Origin: an uncultured delta proteobacterium
GTDB lineage: Bacteria; Desulfobacterota; Binatia; Binatales; Binataceae
Length of the DNA stretch: 64,000 nt
Direction of reading: 5' to 3'
Assembly (NCBI GenBank): GCA_963794325.1
Contig: CAWCDG010000004.1
Span: forward strand, 1,280,001 to 1,344,000
In this document: piece by piece, positions 38,840 to 48,279 of the stretch
How the letters are laid out: every line of letters starts with the position of its first letter
Numbering within the stretch: the first letter of the stretch is position 1
Translations under genes and position numbers: made by a program
Notes under the pieces: generated by a model
What the model saw: only the letters and a program-made list of their open reading frames with translations
What the model was told of the DNA's origin: nothing
Database searches by the model: none

Positions 38840-39457
38840 GTGAGAACCGTGCAACGGAAATCTTCGACGAAACGTGTGAGGGCGCGCCGACTCGATCCCG
38901 CCGAGCGACGGCCGCAACTGCTGCAGTGCGCGATCAGGGTCTTCGCCCGCCGCGGCCTGGGCGGCGCTCATCACGCCGAAATAGCCAGGGAGGCGCGCGT
39001 ATCCGTCCCGACCGTGTTCTTTTACTTCCCGACCCGCGAAGCCCTGGTGATGGCGGTGCTCGATGAGGTCGCGCGATTTTTGACCGAGATGGCCGTACGG
39101 ATTCATTCAGGCGGCGGCGCCGCTCCCCGGATTGTCCTCGCTCACGCGCAAGCGTTTGCCGATTCAGTCGAGACCCATACCGACTATGCGCGCGTCTGGC
39201 TGGATTGGAGTACCGCGATTCGCGAAGAGATCTGGCCGCGCTATCTGGAATTTCAGGAAAATATAGTAGCGATCATCGCCAACACGATTCGTCGCTGGCG
39301 CCTTGAGCGCGAAATCGTTGATGACGAGGCCGAAGACGATGCCCGATTAATAGTCGGCTCAGCCCACATGATCGCGCAGCTGAAATTCACGCGCTGTCCG
39401 GCAGACAAAGTCGCTCACTTCCTGCGCACGCTGGTGCGCTCCACCCTCAGGCAGTGA
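38840..39457 (+). CDS. TetR family regulator resembling Vibrio LuxR/HapR/SmcR
   Basis: VFARRGLG..HAEIA..A.VSVPTVF.YFPTRE.LV and VWLDWSTAIREEIWP; start codon uncertain. Confidence 0.85.
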   Translation: MRTVQRKSSTKRVRARRLDPAERRPQLLQCAIRVFARRGLGGAHHAEIAREARVSVPTVFFYFPTREALVMAVLDEVARFLTEMAVRIHSGGGAAPRIVLAHAQAFADSVETHTDYARVWLDWSTAIREEIWPRYLEFQENIVAIIANTIRRWRLEREIVDDEAEDDARLIVGSAHMIAQLKFTRCPADKVAHFLRTLVRSTLRQ

Positions 39458-39504
39458 TATTGGTCGTAAGTCCGGCGAAATCCGTAGGTGGATAGCACAA
39501 AGCG

Positions 39505-40512
39505 ATGAAAGCAGGCGTTCTTCAATTCTTCAGCTGGCCTGAGCGGCGCGTACCGATCGAGACGGTCTACGAGCGCGCGCTACAGCGGATCGAAATAATG
39601 GAAAGCTCCGGCTATGACGCAGTGTGGCTCGCCGAACATCACTTCCATTCGTTCAGCGTATGTCCGTCGGTGCACATGATGGGTTTGCAGGTTGCCGCCC
39701 GCACGCGGCGGCTGCGAATTGGAACGGCGGTCTCGCTCGCCGCGTTTTATCATCCGTTGCGGCTGGCCGAAGAGGTCGCACTGCTCGACATCTTTTCGGG
39801 CGGGCGCGTGAACTGGGGCGCGGGACGTGGCTTCGACAGCACTGAGTTCCGGGCATTCGGGGTTACACCTGAAGAAAGCGCTGAGCGTTTCCACGAGTCA
39901 GTCGAAATCGTTCTAAAGGCGTGGACCAACGAGCGGCTGACGCACGAAGGGCGCTACTACAATTTTGTCGACGTCGAGGTCCTGCCCAAGCCACGGCAGA
40001 AGCCCCATCCTCCGGTCTGGCTGGCGGCTTCTTCGGAAGGAGCAATAAGACGGGCGGCGGCAAAGGGCTTCACAATCCTGATGGACCCGCACTCGTCGCA
40101 TCGGGAAATAGCGCGCAAGCGCGAGTTGTATCGCGCGGGACTGGAGGCTGGCGGCTGGTCGATTGCGGGGCGCGAGATTCCCATCGCGCGGTTTGTCGCG
40201 ATAGCTAACACTCCTCGCGAAGCGGAAGAAGTCGCGCGGCGCGGCGCGCGATGGCTCGTCGGCTCGTATGCACATCCGCAGGATGCCGACGTATCGAAGT
40301 TAAAGGCGGTCGACCCCGGGTTCGCCGCGTCGGGCACGGACCCTGCCGAACGTTACCTCAACGGCGTGATCGTATATGGCACTCCTGAAGCCGTGACCGA
40401 TCAGTTGATACGCTTGCGAGAGGAAATGCCCCTCGAATATCTGCTTTGCGCACCTTTGAGCCACGAGTCGTTCACTCTCTTCACCGACAAGGTGCTTCCG
40501 CGCCTGGCTTAG
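39505..40512 (+). CDS. LLM class flavin-dependent oxidoreductase
   Basis: WLAEHHF, HPLRLAEE.ALLDI.SGGR, GAGRG. Confidence 0.93.
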   Translation: MKAGVLQFFSWPERRVPIETVYERALQRIEIMESSGYDAVWLAEHHFHSFSVCPSVHMMGLQVAARTRRLRIGTAVSLAAFYHPLRLAEEVALLDIFSGGRVNWGAGRGFDSTEFRAFGVTPEESAERFHESVEIVLKAWTNERLTHEGRYYNFVDVEVLPKPRQKPHPPVWLAASSEGAIRRAAAKGFTILMDPHSSHREIARKRELYRAGLEAGGWSIAGREIPIARFVAIANTPREAEEVARRGARWLVGSYAHPQDADVSKLKAVDPGFAASGTDPAERYLNGVIVYGTPEAVTDQLIRLREEMPLEYLLCAPLSHESFTLFTDKVLPRLA

Positions 40513-40514
40513 GC

Positions 40515-40973
40515 TCACTTCGCCGGATCAGCGTCGCCGCACAGGAATTTGCGGTAAACGGACAAAGCCGGATCGTTGGCTGCGTTGATCGTGCTCTTCG
40601 GATCGTTGCGCCAATCTCCGGCATCTACGCACATGTACTTGATGTTCTTGCCACAATCGTACGCATCCTTCATGAAACCGATCTTGCCGATATCTTCGGG
40701 TCGCGACACGTCGGAGCTTTCGTTGAAATAGATCAGGCCGTCATCGCCGCGATGCACCGATGCGGGGTCGAGGTACGCATGACCCGGGTTTCCTTCGACG
40801 TTGAGCGATTTGGTCGCTGGCTCCTCGACCCAACCATCTTTGCCTGCCCACTGAGCGTCGGCGCGATTCGAAAAGATGAGGACTATCAAAATTGCGATCA
40901 GCCAAACCCGATCGCATCCGCGAGACCTCTGCTTCCGCGATGGATCATCCGGGATCGCATAGTAGGTCTCCAT
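40515..40973 (-). CDS. Hypothetical exported protein
   Basis: Hydrophobic segment with ADA cleavage-like site, three Cys in the mature part. Confidence 0.5.
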   Translation of the reverse strand: METYYAIPDDPSRKQRSRGCDRVWLIAILIVLIFSNRADAQWAGKDGWVEEPATKSLNVEGNPGHAYLDPASVHRGDDGLIYFNESSDVSRPEDIGKIGFMKDAYDCGKNIKYMCVDAGDWRNDPKSTINAANDPALSVYRKFLCGDADPAK

Positions 40974-40980
40974 TCGATGG

Positions 40981-42270
40981 TCACGCGCTCACTTTCCGCA
41001 CCAGATCGATGCCGAATTGTTGCGAGGCGTTGCCGCCCAGCATTCTCGCGATCGTTGCGTCTTCCACGCGAGCTTCGGTCAACTTCTCAATCGCGTCCCA
41101 TGCGCTGGTCGTATCTTGATGCGGATAGCGCGAGCCCCACACAATCTTCTCGCCGAAATCTTCGGGGAGCTTGAGAATCAGCCGCTCCTCCGCGTCGAAG
41201 CCGAGCATGACCTTGCCCTCTTGCCACATCTCTTCGGTGTCGGTTCGCACGGGATAGTAGTGCAGCAGTGGAATCGTGCGGGTTGAGGCTTCCATCTTCT
41301 CGAGCACCTCTTCCATCCACGAAGCCTTGCCGTGCGCGACCACCATTTTCATGTTGGGATAACGCTGCATCACGGTGAATCCGATCAGCGTCGATGCGAC
41401 GAACATATGATTGTCGAGCCACGGCGCTATGATCTGCGCAATTGGATGGCCGAGTGGTGGTGAGGCGGTGAAACCGAAGGCAATGTCCGATCCACCGCCC
41501 GCGGCAGGTCCACCGCCTTCCGCGGTCGTGAACGAACGATGGTGCAGCCGAGTCTTTATCTTTTCGAAGAACGGACCGTGCGACGTCCACTCCGGATTCC
41601 ACATCCCCACCGCCGGATGCACCGCGCAGGTCGTGCCGAGGCTCTCAAGCTCCGCCCATAGGGGATCGTAAATCGGATGCGTGAAGTAGTGGCCTTCGAG
41701 AAACATTGGCCGGATGAACGCTGCGCGAAAACACGGGATATTCGCGGTGCGGCGAAGTTCCTCGACGGCGAAGTCGATGTTCTGCAGAGGAACCATCGAC
41801 GCGGCGAACAGCCGATCCGGCGCGAGCTTGCAGAAATCGGCGATCCAGTCGTTGTAAGCGCGCGCGAGTGCGTAAGCGACGTCGGGATCCTCTACCAGGT
41901 GGAAGCCCTCGGCGAACCAGGTTGGATAAAGCAGCGCCTGATCGATGCCCATCGCATCCATGTCGCGAAGGCGCGCCTCCGCGTTCGAGGCGCCCGCGGT
42001 CGCCGCGTGTCGAGTATCGGGATCGAGCTCGCCGATCTTGTCCCAGGTCATCCCGGGCTTCCAGATGGCGTGGCGCGGGATATTGGAATTCATCGTGTCG
42101 CGAAAGACCTTGCCGTTGACCTTCAGATAGGAGCCGAGCTTTCCCTCTTCACGCCACAGCGCAGATTTCCCTAACGTACGGAATTCCGGATTCAGGTACT
42201 TGCTCCACAACTCCGAAGGCTCGACGACGTGCGAGTCGCTGTCAAAAACCGCAAACCGCTTGTTCGCCAT
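40981..42270 (-). CDS. Amidohydrolase-2 family protein
   Basis: FDSDSHVVEP, AYNDWIADFC, WGSRYPH. Confidence 0.9.
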   Translation of the reverse strand: MANKRFAVFDSDSHVVEPSELWSKYLNPEFRTLGKSALWREEGKLGSYLKVNGKVFRDTMNSNIPRHAIWKPGMTWDKIGELDPDTRHAATAGASNAEARLRDMDAMGIDQALLYPTWFAEGFHLVEDPDVAYALARAYNDWIADFCKLAPDRLFAASMVPLQNIDFAVEELRRTANIPCFRAAFIRPMFLEGHYFTHPIYDPLWAELESLGTTCAVHPAVGMWNPEWTSHGPFFEKIKTRLHHRSFTTAEGGGPAAGGGSDIAFGFTASPPLGHPIAQIIAPWLDNHMFVASTLIGFTVMQRYPNMKMVVAHGKASWMEEVLEKMEASTRTIPLLHYYPVRTDTEEMWQEGKVMLGFDAEERLILKLPEDFGEKIVWGSRYPHQDTTSAWDAIEKLTEARVEDATIARMLGGNASQQFGIDLVRKVSA

Positions 42271-42272
42271 GG

Positions 42273-43667
42273 TCAAACTCCGATGCGTCTGACCGCAGCG
42301 TCGGGCTTGAGCGACTGCTTGATCTCTTCCTCGGTCGGCCACCAGTCGGGACGCTCGATTTCAGTGACGCGATCAGCGATGAAGTTTTTAGGCGCGTCAA
42401 TCCTGTACAGCTTGCGCGCGTTGCCGCCGAGGAACTTGGCTTGATACGGCTCCGGCAGTTCGCATTTTCGCATCGTGTCGATCGCGCGCCACGCATCGTC
42501 GCCGTCGTGATGGTAAACGTCGGACGACCACGCCAGGATGTTTTCGTAAAATTCCGGCAGGCGTGACGGCGGCGCTTCGTCGCCCTCGAAGCCGGTGACG
42601 CAGCGCTCGAAGAATGTCTCGCTCGGCAGTTTCTTCAGCGGCCGCAGCCGTCTCTCGTTGCGATAGAGCTTATAGTTCTTGTCGCATTCGTCGAGGATGA
42701 AGCTGAGCCAGGTCGATGACGCTTCGAAGACCGCCGCCTTCAGTTTCGGAAAGCGATCGAAGAATCCCGACATCAGGACCATCACGACCCATAGCGACGC
42801 TTCCGCCTGGAAATCCTGCACATTGATCAGAAACGAATGCGGCAGGCCCGACGTCGTCGCGGTCAGCGAGATCAGTTCGGCGCCCGAGTGTTGCTCGGTG
42901 TAGCCCGGCGGCTTGAGCGATCCGAAGGCCGGAAACGGATGCATGCCGTACACGACGCCGGTCTCTTCCATCGCGCGCCACACGCGTTCGTACTTGGGTT
43001 GAATCGGATAATTCCCCATCGCATCGATCGGCCGCACCAGGCCAACGCGGCATCCCTTGTCAGCGACGCGATAAACTTCCTGCTCAGCGAACTTGGGGTC
43101 CTGCATCGGGAGCATCGCCGCGAAGTAGAGCCGATCGGGATTCTCCTGGCAGTACTCGTATGCCCATTCGTTGTACGCCTTGCACATCGCCTTGGCGCCG
43201 ACGGCGTTCAGCAGCCACGGGTACGTGTCGATGTCGGTCGGAATGATCATCACCTGATCGATCCCCTGCACATCCATGTCGCGCAGGCGCGGCTTGGGCT
43301 CGTAGGAACCCTTGTGATCGATATAGTCCGCCTGCTCCTTGGTAAGCGCGGTCTTGTGATTCAGATTGCGGACGTTGAGCGCGCGCTGGATATCGTGCTT
43401 GAGGCCTGGGCCGGCGAGCGACAGCACGTTCACCATTCCGGCCGATCCACCGATACGCTGTGAGCCGATTCCCGCACCGGCTTTGCCATTGACGATAAGC
43501 TGAGCCGACTCGGGATCGTACCAGATGGTATTTTTCAGGGCCTCGTACTCATCCTTGGTCAGCCAGTCTTTCGCGCGCTCCCAGAGCCACGGCGGCTCCG
43601 TCACGTGAGCATCGCAATCGAAGGTCGGGAAATTTTTGGTCATCGGCGCGAATTTCTGAATCGGCAT
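42273..43667 (-). CDS. Amidohydrolase-2 family protein
   Basis: FDCDAHVTEP, AYNEW, WSSDVYHHD, GGNARKLY. Confidence 0.9.
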   Translation of the reverse strand: MPIQKFAPMTKNFPTFDCDAHVTEPPWLWERAKDWLTKDEYEALKNTIWYDPESAQLIVNGKAGAGIGSQRIGGSAGMVNVLSLAGPGLKHDIQRALNVRNLNHKTALTKEQADYIDHKGSYEPKPRLRDMDVQGIDQVMIIPTDIDTYPWLLNAVGAKAMCKAYNEWAYEYCQENPDRLYFAAMLPMQDPKFAEQEVYRVADKGCRVGLVRPIDAMGNYPIQPKYERVWRAMEETGVVYGMHPFPAFGSLKPPGYTEQHSGAELISLTATTSGLPHSFLINVQDFQAEASLWVVMVLMSGFFDRFPKLKAAVFEASSTWLSFILDECDKNYKLYRNERRLRPLKKLPSETFFERCVTGFEGDEAPPSRLPEFYENILAWSSDVYHHDGDDAWRAIDTMRKCELPEPYQAKFLGGNARKLYRIDAPKNFIADRVTEIERPDWWPTEEEIKQSLKPDAAVRRIGV

Positions 43668-43716
43668 GCCGCACCTCTGTCGTCGTGCAACGAATACTCA
43701 GTTCTTTAGCAAGTGA

Positions 43717-44715
43717 CTATTCAGTCTCGAGCCACGCTTCGGGCATCGTGATCGAGCCGTGACGCGCAAAGACCGCATCGATCTCTTTCATGTCCGCGTC
43801 GGAGATCGACCAGCCGAGCGCGCCGACGTTGTCATCGACCTCGCGCGGATTGCGGCATCCCACCAGCGCCGTGCTGATGACCGGATTCGAGAGCGTCCAG
43901 CGCAGCGCAAGTTGCGGGAGCGATTTGCCGTAGCGCTTCGCGATCGGCTTCAGATCCTCGACGGCCCGCAGGTTGTTGAGAAAGTGATCGGGACCGAAGA
44001 GATGCTGAGCCAGGTTGATGTTGCCGAGCTTGCCGCGGCGCGAGCGCCAGTCGCCCTTCTCGAACGCCGACTCCTCGCTGAGCGTGCCCGTAAGCAACCC
44101 GTAAGCGAGCGAGCCGTAGGCCATCACGCCGATGCCGTTTTCGCGGCAGTACGGAAAAATTTCCTTCTGCATTCGGCGATCGAACATGTTCCAGCAGTAC
44201 TGGACGACATCGACGCGCCGCGTGCGCGCGCATCGTTCGATTTCGCTCAGTTTGAAATTGGACAGGCCGACCGCTCTCACTTTGCCTTGCTTCACCAGCT
44301 CGTCGAGCGCCTGCATCGGCTCTTCGAACGGCGTTGCTCGATCGGGCCAGTGGATGAGGTAGACGTCGACGTAGTCGGTGTTGAGCGCCTTGAGGCTTTT
44401 ATCGATCGACTCGACGACGCGCTTGCGGGTGCTGTCGCGATAGTTGGGAGCATCGGGATAGCCGATGCCGAACTTGGTCGTGATGACAGCTTCCTTGCGT
44501 CGAGAGCCGAGCGCTTTCGCCAGCGATTTTTCCGACGCCCCGAAGCCGTACGCCTCTGCGGTATCGAAACAGTTGATCCCGAGATCGAGCGCGCGATTAA
44601 CGGCTTTAATGAATTCGGATTCCTCGATACTGCCGTAGCCGCCGCCAATCTCCCAGCATCCAAAGCCGACGGCGGAGATCTGAATCCCGGTCTGACCAAA
44701 TGGTCGGAGTTCCAT
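43717..44715 (-). CDS. Aldo/keto reductase
   Basis: GFGCW, FDTAEAYG, YLIHWPD, GKVRAVGLSN. Confidence 0.95.
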   Translation of the reverse strand: MELRPFGQTGIQISAVGFGCWEIGGGYGSIEESEFIKAVNRALDLGINCFDTAEAYGFGASEKSLAKALGSRRKEAVITTKFGIGYPDAPNYRDSTRKRVVESIDKSLKALNTDYVDVYLIHWPDRATPFEEPMQALDELVKQGKVRAVGLSNFKLSEIERCARTRRVDVVQYCWNMFDRRMQKEIFPYCRENGIGVMAYGSLAYGLLTGTLSEESAFEKGDWRSRRGKLGNINLAQHLFGPDHFLNNLRAVEDLKPIAKRYGKSLPQLALRWTLSNPVISTALVGCRNPREVDDNVGALGWSISDADMKEIDAVFARHGSITMPEAWLETE

Positions 44716-44874
44716 ACGCTGCCCTCCGCATACCGATCGTTCAAGTACGCTAGATCCGAATGAAATTTTTTTCAATGAAGGAGTTCAGCCAACTATTGGT
44801 TTGACGTTTCGACGAAAGGTTCGATAGCCTCTGTGCCTGGACGCCACAGCTTTGAAATCGATCGGAGGGCCCGC

Positions 44875-45768
44875 GTGACACGCTCATTCGACGTCAAACC
44901 TCTCGACGCGACATTCGGCGCGGTGGTGACCGGCGTTAAGCTCGCCGCACTCGACGACGCGACGTGGCACGACCTCTACGCCGCATGGCTGGAGTACGCG
45001 CTGCTCATTTTCCCCGGCCAGCATCTCAGTCGTGATGAGCAGGTCGCCTTCGCCAAGCGGTTCGGAGCGCTCGAGTTCAACCTGGCGGCGCTCAGCAACG
45101 TGAATGCCGACGGCACGCTAATCGTTGACCCGGACAACGACATCCTGAAAGTGCTCAAGGGCAACATGGGATGGCATTGCGACAGCACTTACATGCCGGT
45201 GCAGGCCAAGGGCGCGGTGTTCACCGCCGAGATCGTGCCGAACGTTGGCGGCGCGACCGGATGGGCCGACATGCGGGCCGCCTACGATGCGCTCGATGAC
45301 AATCTGCGGGCGAAAGTAGAGAGCCTCGCAGCCCACCACTCGCTTTATTACAGCCAGTCGAAGCTTGGGCATCAGCCGAAGTCCGGCAGCGCGTACAGCG
45401 GCTACGGCTTCCACGACGGCCCCGTGCCCCTGCGTCCGTTGGTCAAGGTCCATCCTGAGACCGGCAGAAAATCGCTCGTGATAGGTCGCCACGCGCACAA
45501 TATTCCGGACATGGACCCGGCCGAGTCCGAGCGGTTCCTGCAAGAGTTAGTGGACTTCGCCTGTCGCCCGCCGCGCATCTATCATCATAACTGGACGCCC
45601 GGAGACGCGGTCGTGTGGGACAATCGATGCCTTCTGCACAGGGGCATGCCGTGGGACATGAGCATTCCTCGAGTGATGTGGCACAGCCGTATTGCCGGTG
45701 ACCCCGTGAGCGAGGCCGCTATAAATTATCCCGCTGACCAAAATGGCGGCGACAAATCTTTAGCCTGA
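44875..45768 (+). CDS. TauD/TfdA family Fe(II)/2-oxoglutarate dioxygenase
   Basis: WHCDSTY (HxD), HPETGRK, WDNRCLLHR. Confidence 0.94.
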   Translation: MTRSFDVKPLDATFGAVVTGVKLAALDDATWHDLYAAWLEYALLIFPGQHLSRDEQVAFAKRFGALEFNLAALSNVNADGTLIVDPDNDILKVLKGNMGWHCDSTYMPVQAKGAVFTAEIVPNVGGATGWADMRAAYDALDDNLRAKVESLAAHHSLYYSQSKLGHQPKSGSAYSGYGFHDGPVPLRPLVKVHPETGRKSLVIGRHAHNIPDMDPAESERFLQELVDFACRPPRIYHHNWTPGDAVVWDNRCLLHRGMPWDMSIPRVMWHSRIAGDPVSEAAINYPADQNGGDKSLA

Positions 45769-45793
45769 GCGCGCGCCAGAAAAGGAGTGAACC

Positions 45794-47500
45794 ATGTACG
45801 ACCTGATAATCCGTAACGGAACGATCGTCGATGGAAGCGGGATGCCACGATACAGGGGCGATGTCGGGATTGAAGGCGGCAAGATCGCGGCAATCGGGAA
45901 AATCCGCGAGAGCGCGCGCGAAACGCTCGATGCGGACGGGCATATCGTGTCGCCCGGCCTCGTCGATGCGCACACGCACATGGACGCGCAGGTTTTCTGG
46001 GACGCGCTGGGAACCTGCTCGTGCTGGCACGGCGTCACCTCAGTGGTGATGGGCAACTGCGGATTCTCACTCGCGCCGTGCAGTGAGAAGGACAAATTGC
46101 TCGTCATGCGGAATCTGGAGCGGGCCGAAGATATCTCGCCGGAAGCGATGCAGGCGGGAATCAAATGGTCCTGGACCACCTTTGCGCAATATCTGGACGC
46201 GGTTGATCAACTGCCAAAGGGCATCAACTACGCCGCCTACATGGGGCACTCTGCGCTCCGCACCTACGTGATGGGCGAGCGCGCTTTCGACGAAGAAGCA
46301 ACGACCGAAGACCTTCAGCTCATGCGCGAGGAATTGCGCGACGGCATTCGAGCAGGCGCGATCGGGTTCACTACTTCGCGCACGAGCAATCATCAGACGC
46401 CCGACGGGCGGCCGGTAGCGAGCAGAATCGCCAACTGGGACGAAGTACGGCAACTGGTCGGAGTGATGGGCGAGCTGGGTGCCGGCATTTTCGAGATCGC
46501 CGGTGAAAATACTGGTTTCGAGGGTTCGCGTCTCGATGATTACCTCGGCCGTCTAAAGGCGCTTGCGGTTGAGAGCTCAGTGCCGGTGACCTTCGGGATG
46601 TTCAGCTCGCGCAGGGCGCCCGACTATTGGCGCCGATATTTCGAAACCGCCGACGAGACTGCTGCGGCGGGCGGTCGCATGTTCGTCCAGGTCCATAGCC
46701 GCTCACTCAACGTGTTGCTGTCGTTCGAGACCAACCTGCCGTTCGATCGAATTCCGGCGTGGCGCGAGATTCGCAAACTGCCGCTGGCAGAACAGGAAGC
46801 CGCGCTGCGCAATCCGGATATCCGTCGCAAGCTGGTGCAAGCCGCGAGCGAGCGATCGCCGGGCGAGGATCACCCAGTTGGTGCGGAAGCGCGCGGCGCG
46901 AACTACAACTGGATCTTCCCACTCGACCGGCCAACCCCGCCGTATCGATCGGTCGCCGAGATCGCGGCCGCTGAAGGCAAAGATCCAGTCGATGTAATGA
47001 TCGATCTCGCGCTGGAGAAAAATCTCAAGAAATTCTTCCTGCAGACCCTGGTCAACGAGAATCAGGATCACGTTCTGGAAATGATGAAGCATCCGCGGTC
47101 GGTGGTGACGTTCTCGGATTCGGGCGCCCACGTGTCGCAGATCATGGACTCATCGTTGCAGACCCACGTGCTGAGTCATTGGGTGCGGGAAAAGGAAGCG
47201 CTAACTCTCGAGCAGGCAATCCGCTTACTCAGCTTCGTGCCGGCCTATCACTGGGGACTGAAGGGACGCGGACTGCTGCGCGAAGGCAACTTTGCCGACG
47301 TGATCGTTTTCGATCCGGACCGGATCAATCCGCAGTTGCCGGAACTGACCTACGACCTGCCCGCCGGCGCACGCCGGCTCAAGCAGAAATCCGACGGACT
47401 GCTCGCGACAATCGTCAATGGGCAAGTCGTACTGCGAAACAACGAGCACACAGGAGCGTTGCCCGGAAAGTTACTCCGCGGCTCAATGGCGCAAGCGTAA
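45794..47500 (+). CDS. N-acyl-D-amino-acid deacylase family protein
   Basis: PGLVDAHTHMD, GVTSVVMGNCG, SDSGAH, ADVIVFDP. Confidence 0.92.
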   Translation: MYDLIIRNGTIVDGSGMPRYRGDVGIEGGKIAAIGKIRESARETLDADGHIVSPGLVDAHTHMDAQVFWDALGTCSCWHGVTSVVMGNCGFSLAPCSEKDKLLVMRNLERAEDISPEAMQAGIKWSWTTFAQYLDAVDQLPKGINYAAYMGHSALRTYVMGERAFDEEATTEDLQLMREELRDGIRAGAIGFTTSRTSNHQTPDGRPVASRIANWDEVRQLVGVMGELGAGIFEIAGENTGFEGSRLDDYLGRLKALAVESSVPVTFGMFSSRRAPDYWRRYFETADETAAAGGRMFVQVHSRSLNVLLSFETNLPFDRIPAWREIRKLPLAEQEAALRNPDIRRKLVQAASERSPGEDHPVGAEARGANYNWIFPLDRPTPPYRSVAEIAAAEGKDPVDVMIDLALEKNLKKFFLQTLVNENQDHVLEMMKHPRSVVTFSDSGAHVSQIMDSSLQTHVLSHWVREKEALTLEQAIRLLSFVPAYHWGLKGRGLLREGNFADVIVFDPDRINPQLPELTYDLPAGARRLKQKSDGLLATIVNGQVVLRNNEHTGALPGKLLRGSMAQA

Positions 47501-47558
47501 GCGAGTTTAACTGTCGGACGGTGATCGAGGTGCGATCGCCTCGATCGTCGCGATGAAG

Positions 47559-48179
47559 TTAGAAACCCATACGGCGCTCGCCTTCGGGAGCGTGCGGAGA
47601 GCAATGGAAGTGCCACATTTTCCAGACCGGGTTGGCCTGGTGATCCTCGCGGACGAACACCTCGGTGGTGCGAAACGGAATTCGCATCATAGTGCCTGGC
47701 CCGCTCAGCAACGCTGATTCGGAATCCGAACTCGGCAGCACCTTGACTGTGAAAGTCGACTCCGCCGTCAGAAATGCCATATCGCCGCGAATGATCAGCC
47801 TCACGTCGCGGGGCTCAGCCATCGCCGGCTCACCCGCGTCGCTCTCCGATAGCGGCGCCATCACGTGGCCGAGGTATTTCCAAAGCTGCACCCATTCGTC
47901 GATCGCGTGATAAGTGTGACCATTGAGGTTGAAGCCGTGAAACTTGTCGCCGCCGACAAATGCCTCGCACATCATATCGATGCTGAAATTGCGATTTGCA
48001 TCCCACCATTTCTTTGATACTGCGAGAATCTCTCTGCGATCCTTCTCAATATCGCGCAGCGGAGCGCGTGCCGCGGGTTTCGCGATCCTGCGAGATTTCG
48101 GCGGCTTTGAAGGTTTCGCGCGCTTTGCGACTCTCGGCGGTTTGGACGCTTTTGTCTTCCTTCGGAGCTTCGATGCCAT
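47559..48179 (-). CDS. SnoaL/NTF2-like protein with basic N-terminal tail
   Basis: K/R/P-rich first ~45 aa; WWDAN, RTTEVF, WKMWHFHCS. Confidence 0.7.
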   Translation of the reverse strand: MASKLRRKTKASKPPRVAKRAKPSKPPKSRRIAKPAARAPLRDIEKDRREILAVSKKWWDANRNFSIDMMCEAFVGGDKFHGFNLNGHTYHAIDEWVQLWKYLGHVMAPLSESDAGEPAMAEPRDVRLIIRGDMAFLTAESTFTVKVLPSSDSESALLSGPGTMMRIPFRTTEVFVREDHQANPVWKMWHFHCSPHAPEGERRMGF

Positions 48180-48279
48180 GTTTTCTTCTCCCAACTGACG
48201 CCGGCTATCTCAACCAGGTCCAAGCGTCAGTATCGCACGCAGTCGGAATTTTGAGTAACCGTATTTTGGTCTCAGCCCT

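Noticed and set aside
38840-40512. Bioluminescence or quorum-sensing lux operon (LuxR-like regulator + luciferase-like gene)
   Set aside because: Single generic LLM gene; no luxCDE, luxB or autoinducer synthase in the window
43759-44763. Long antisense ORFs (this one, and e.g. 18595..19503, 23978..24892, 37814..38731)
   Set aside because: Mirror frames of well-supported genes, typical of high-GC codon bias; no recognisable motifs
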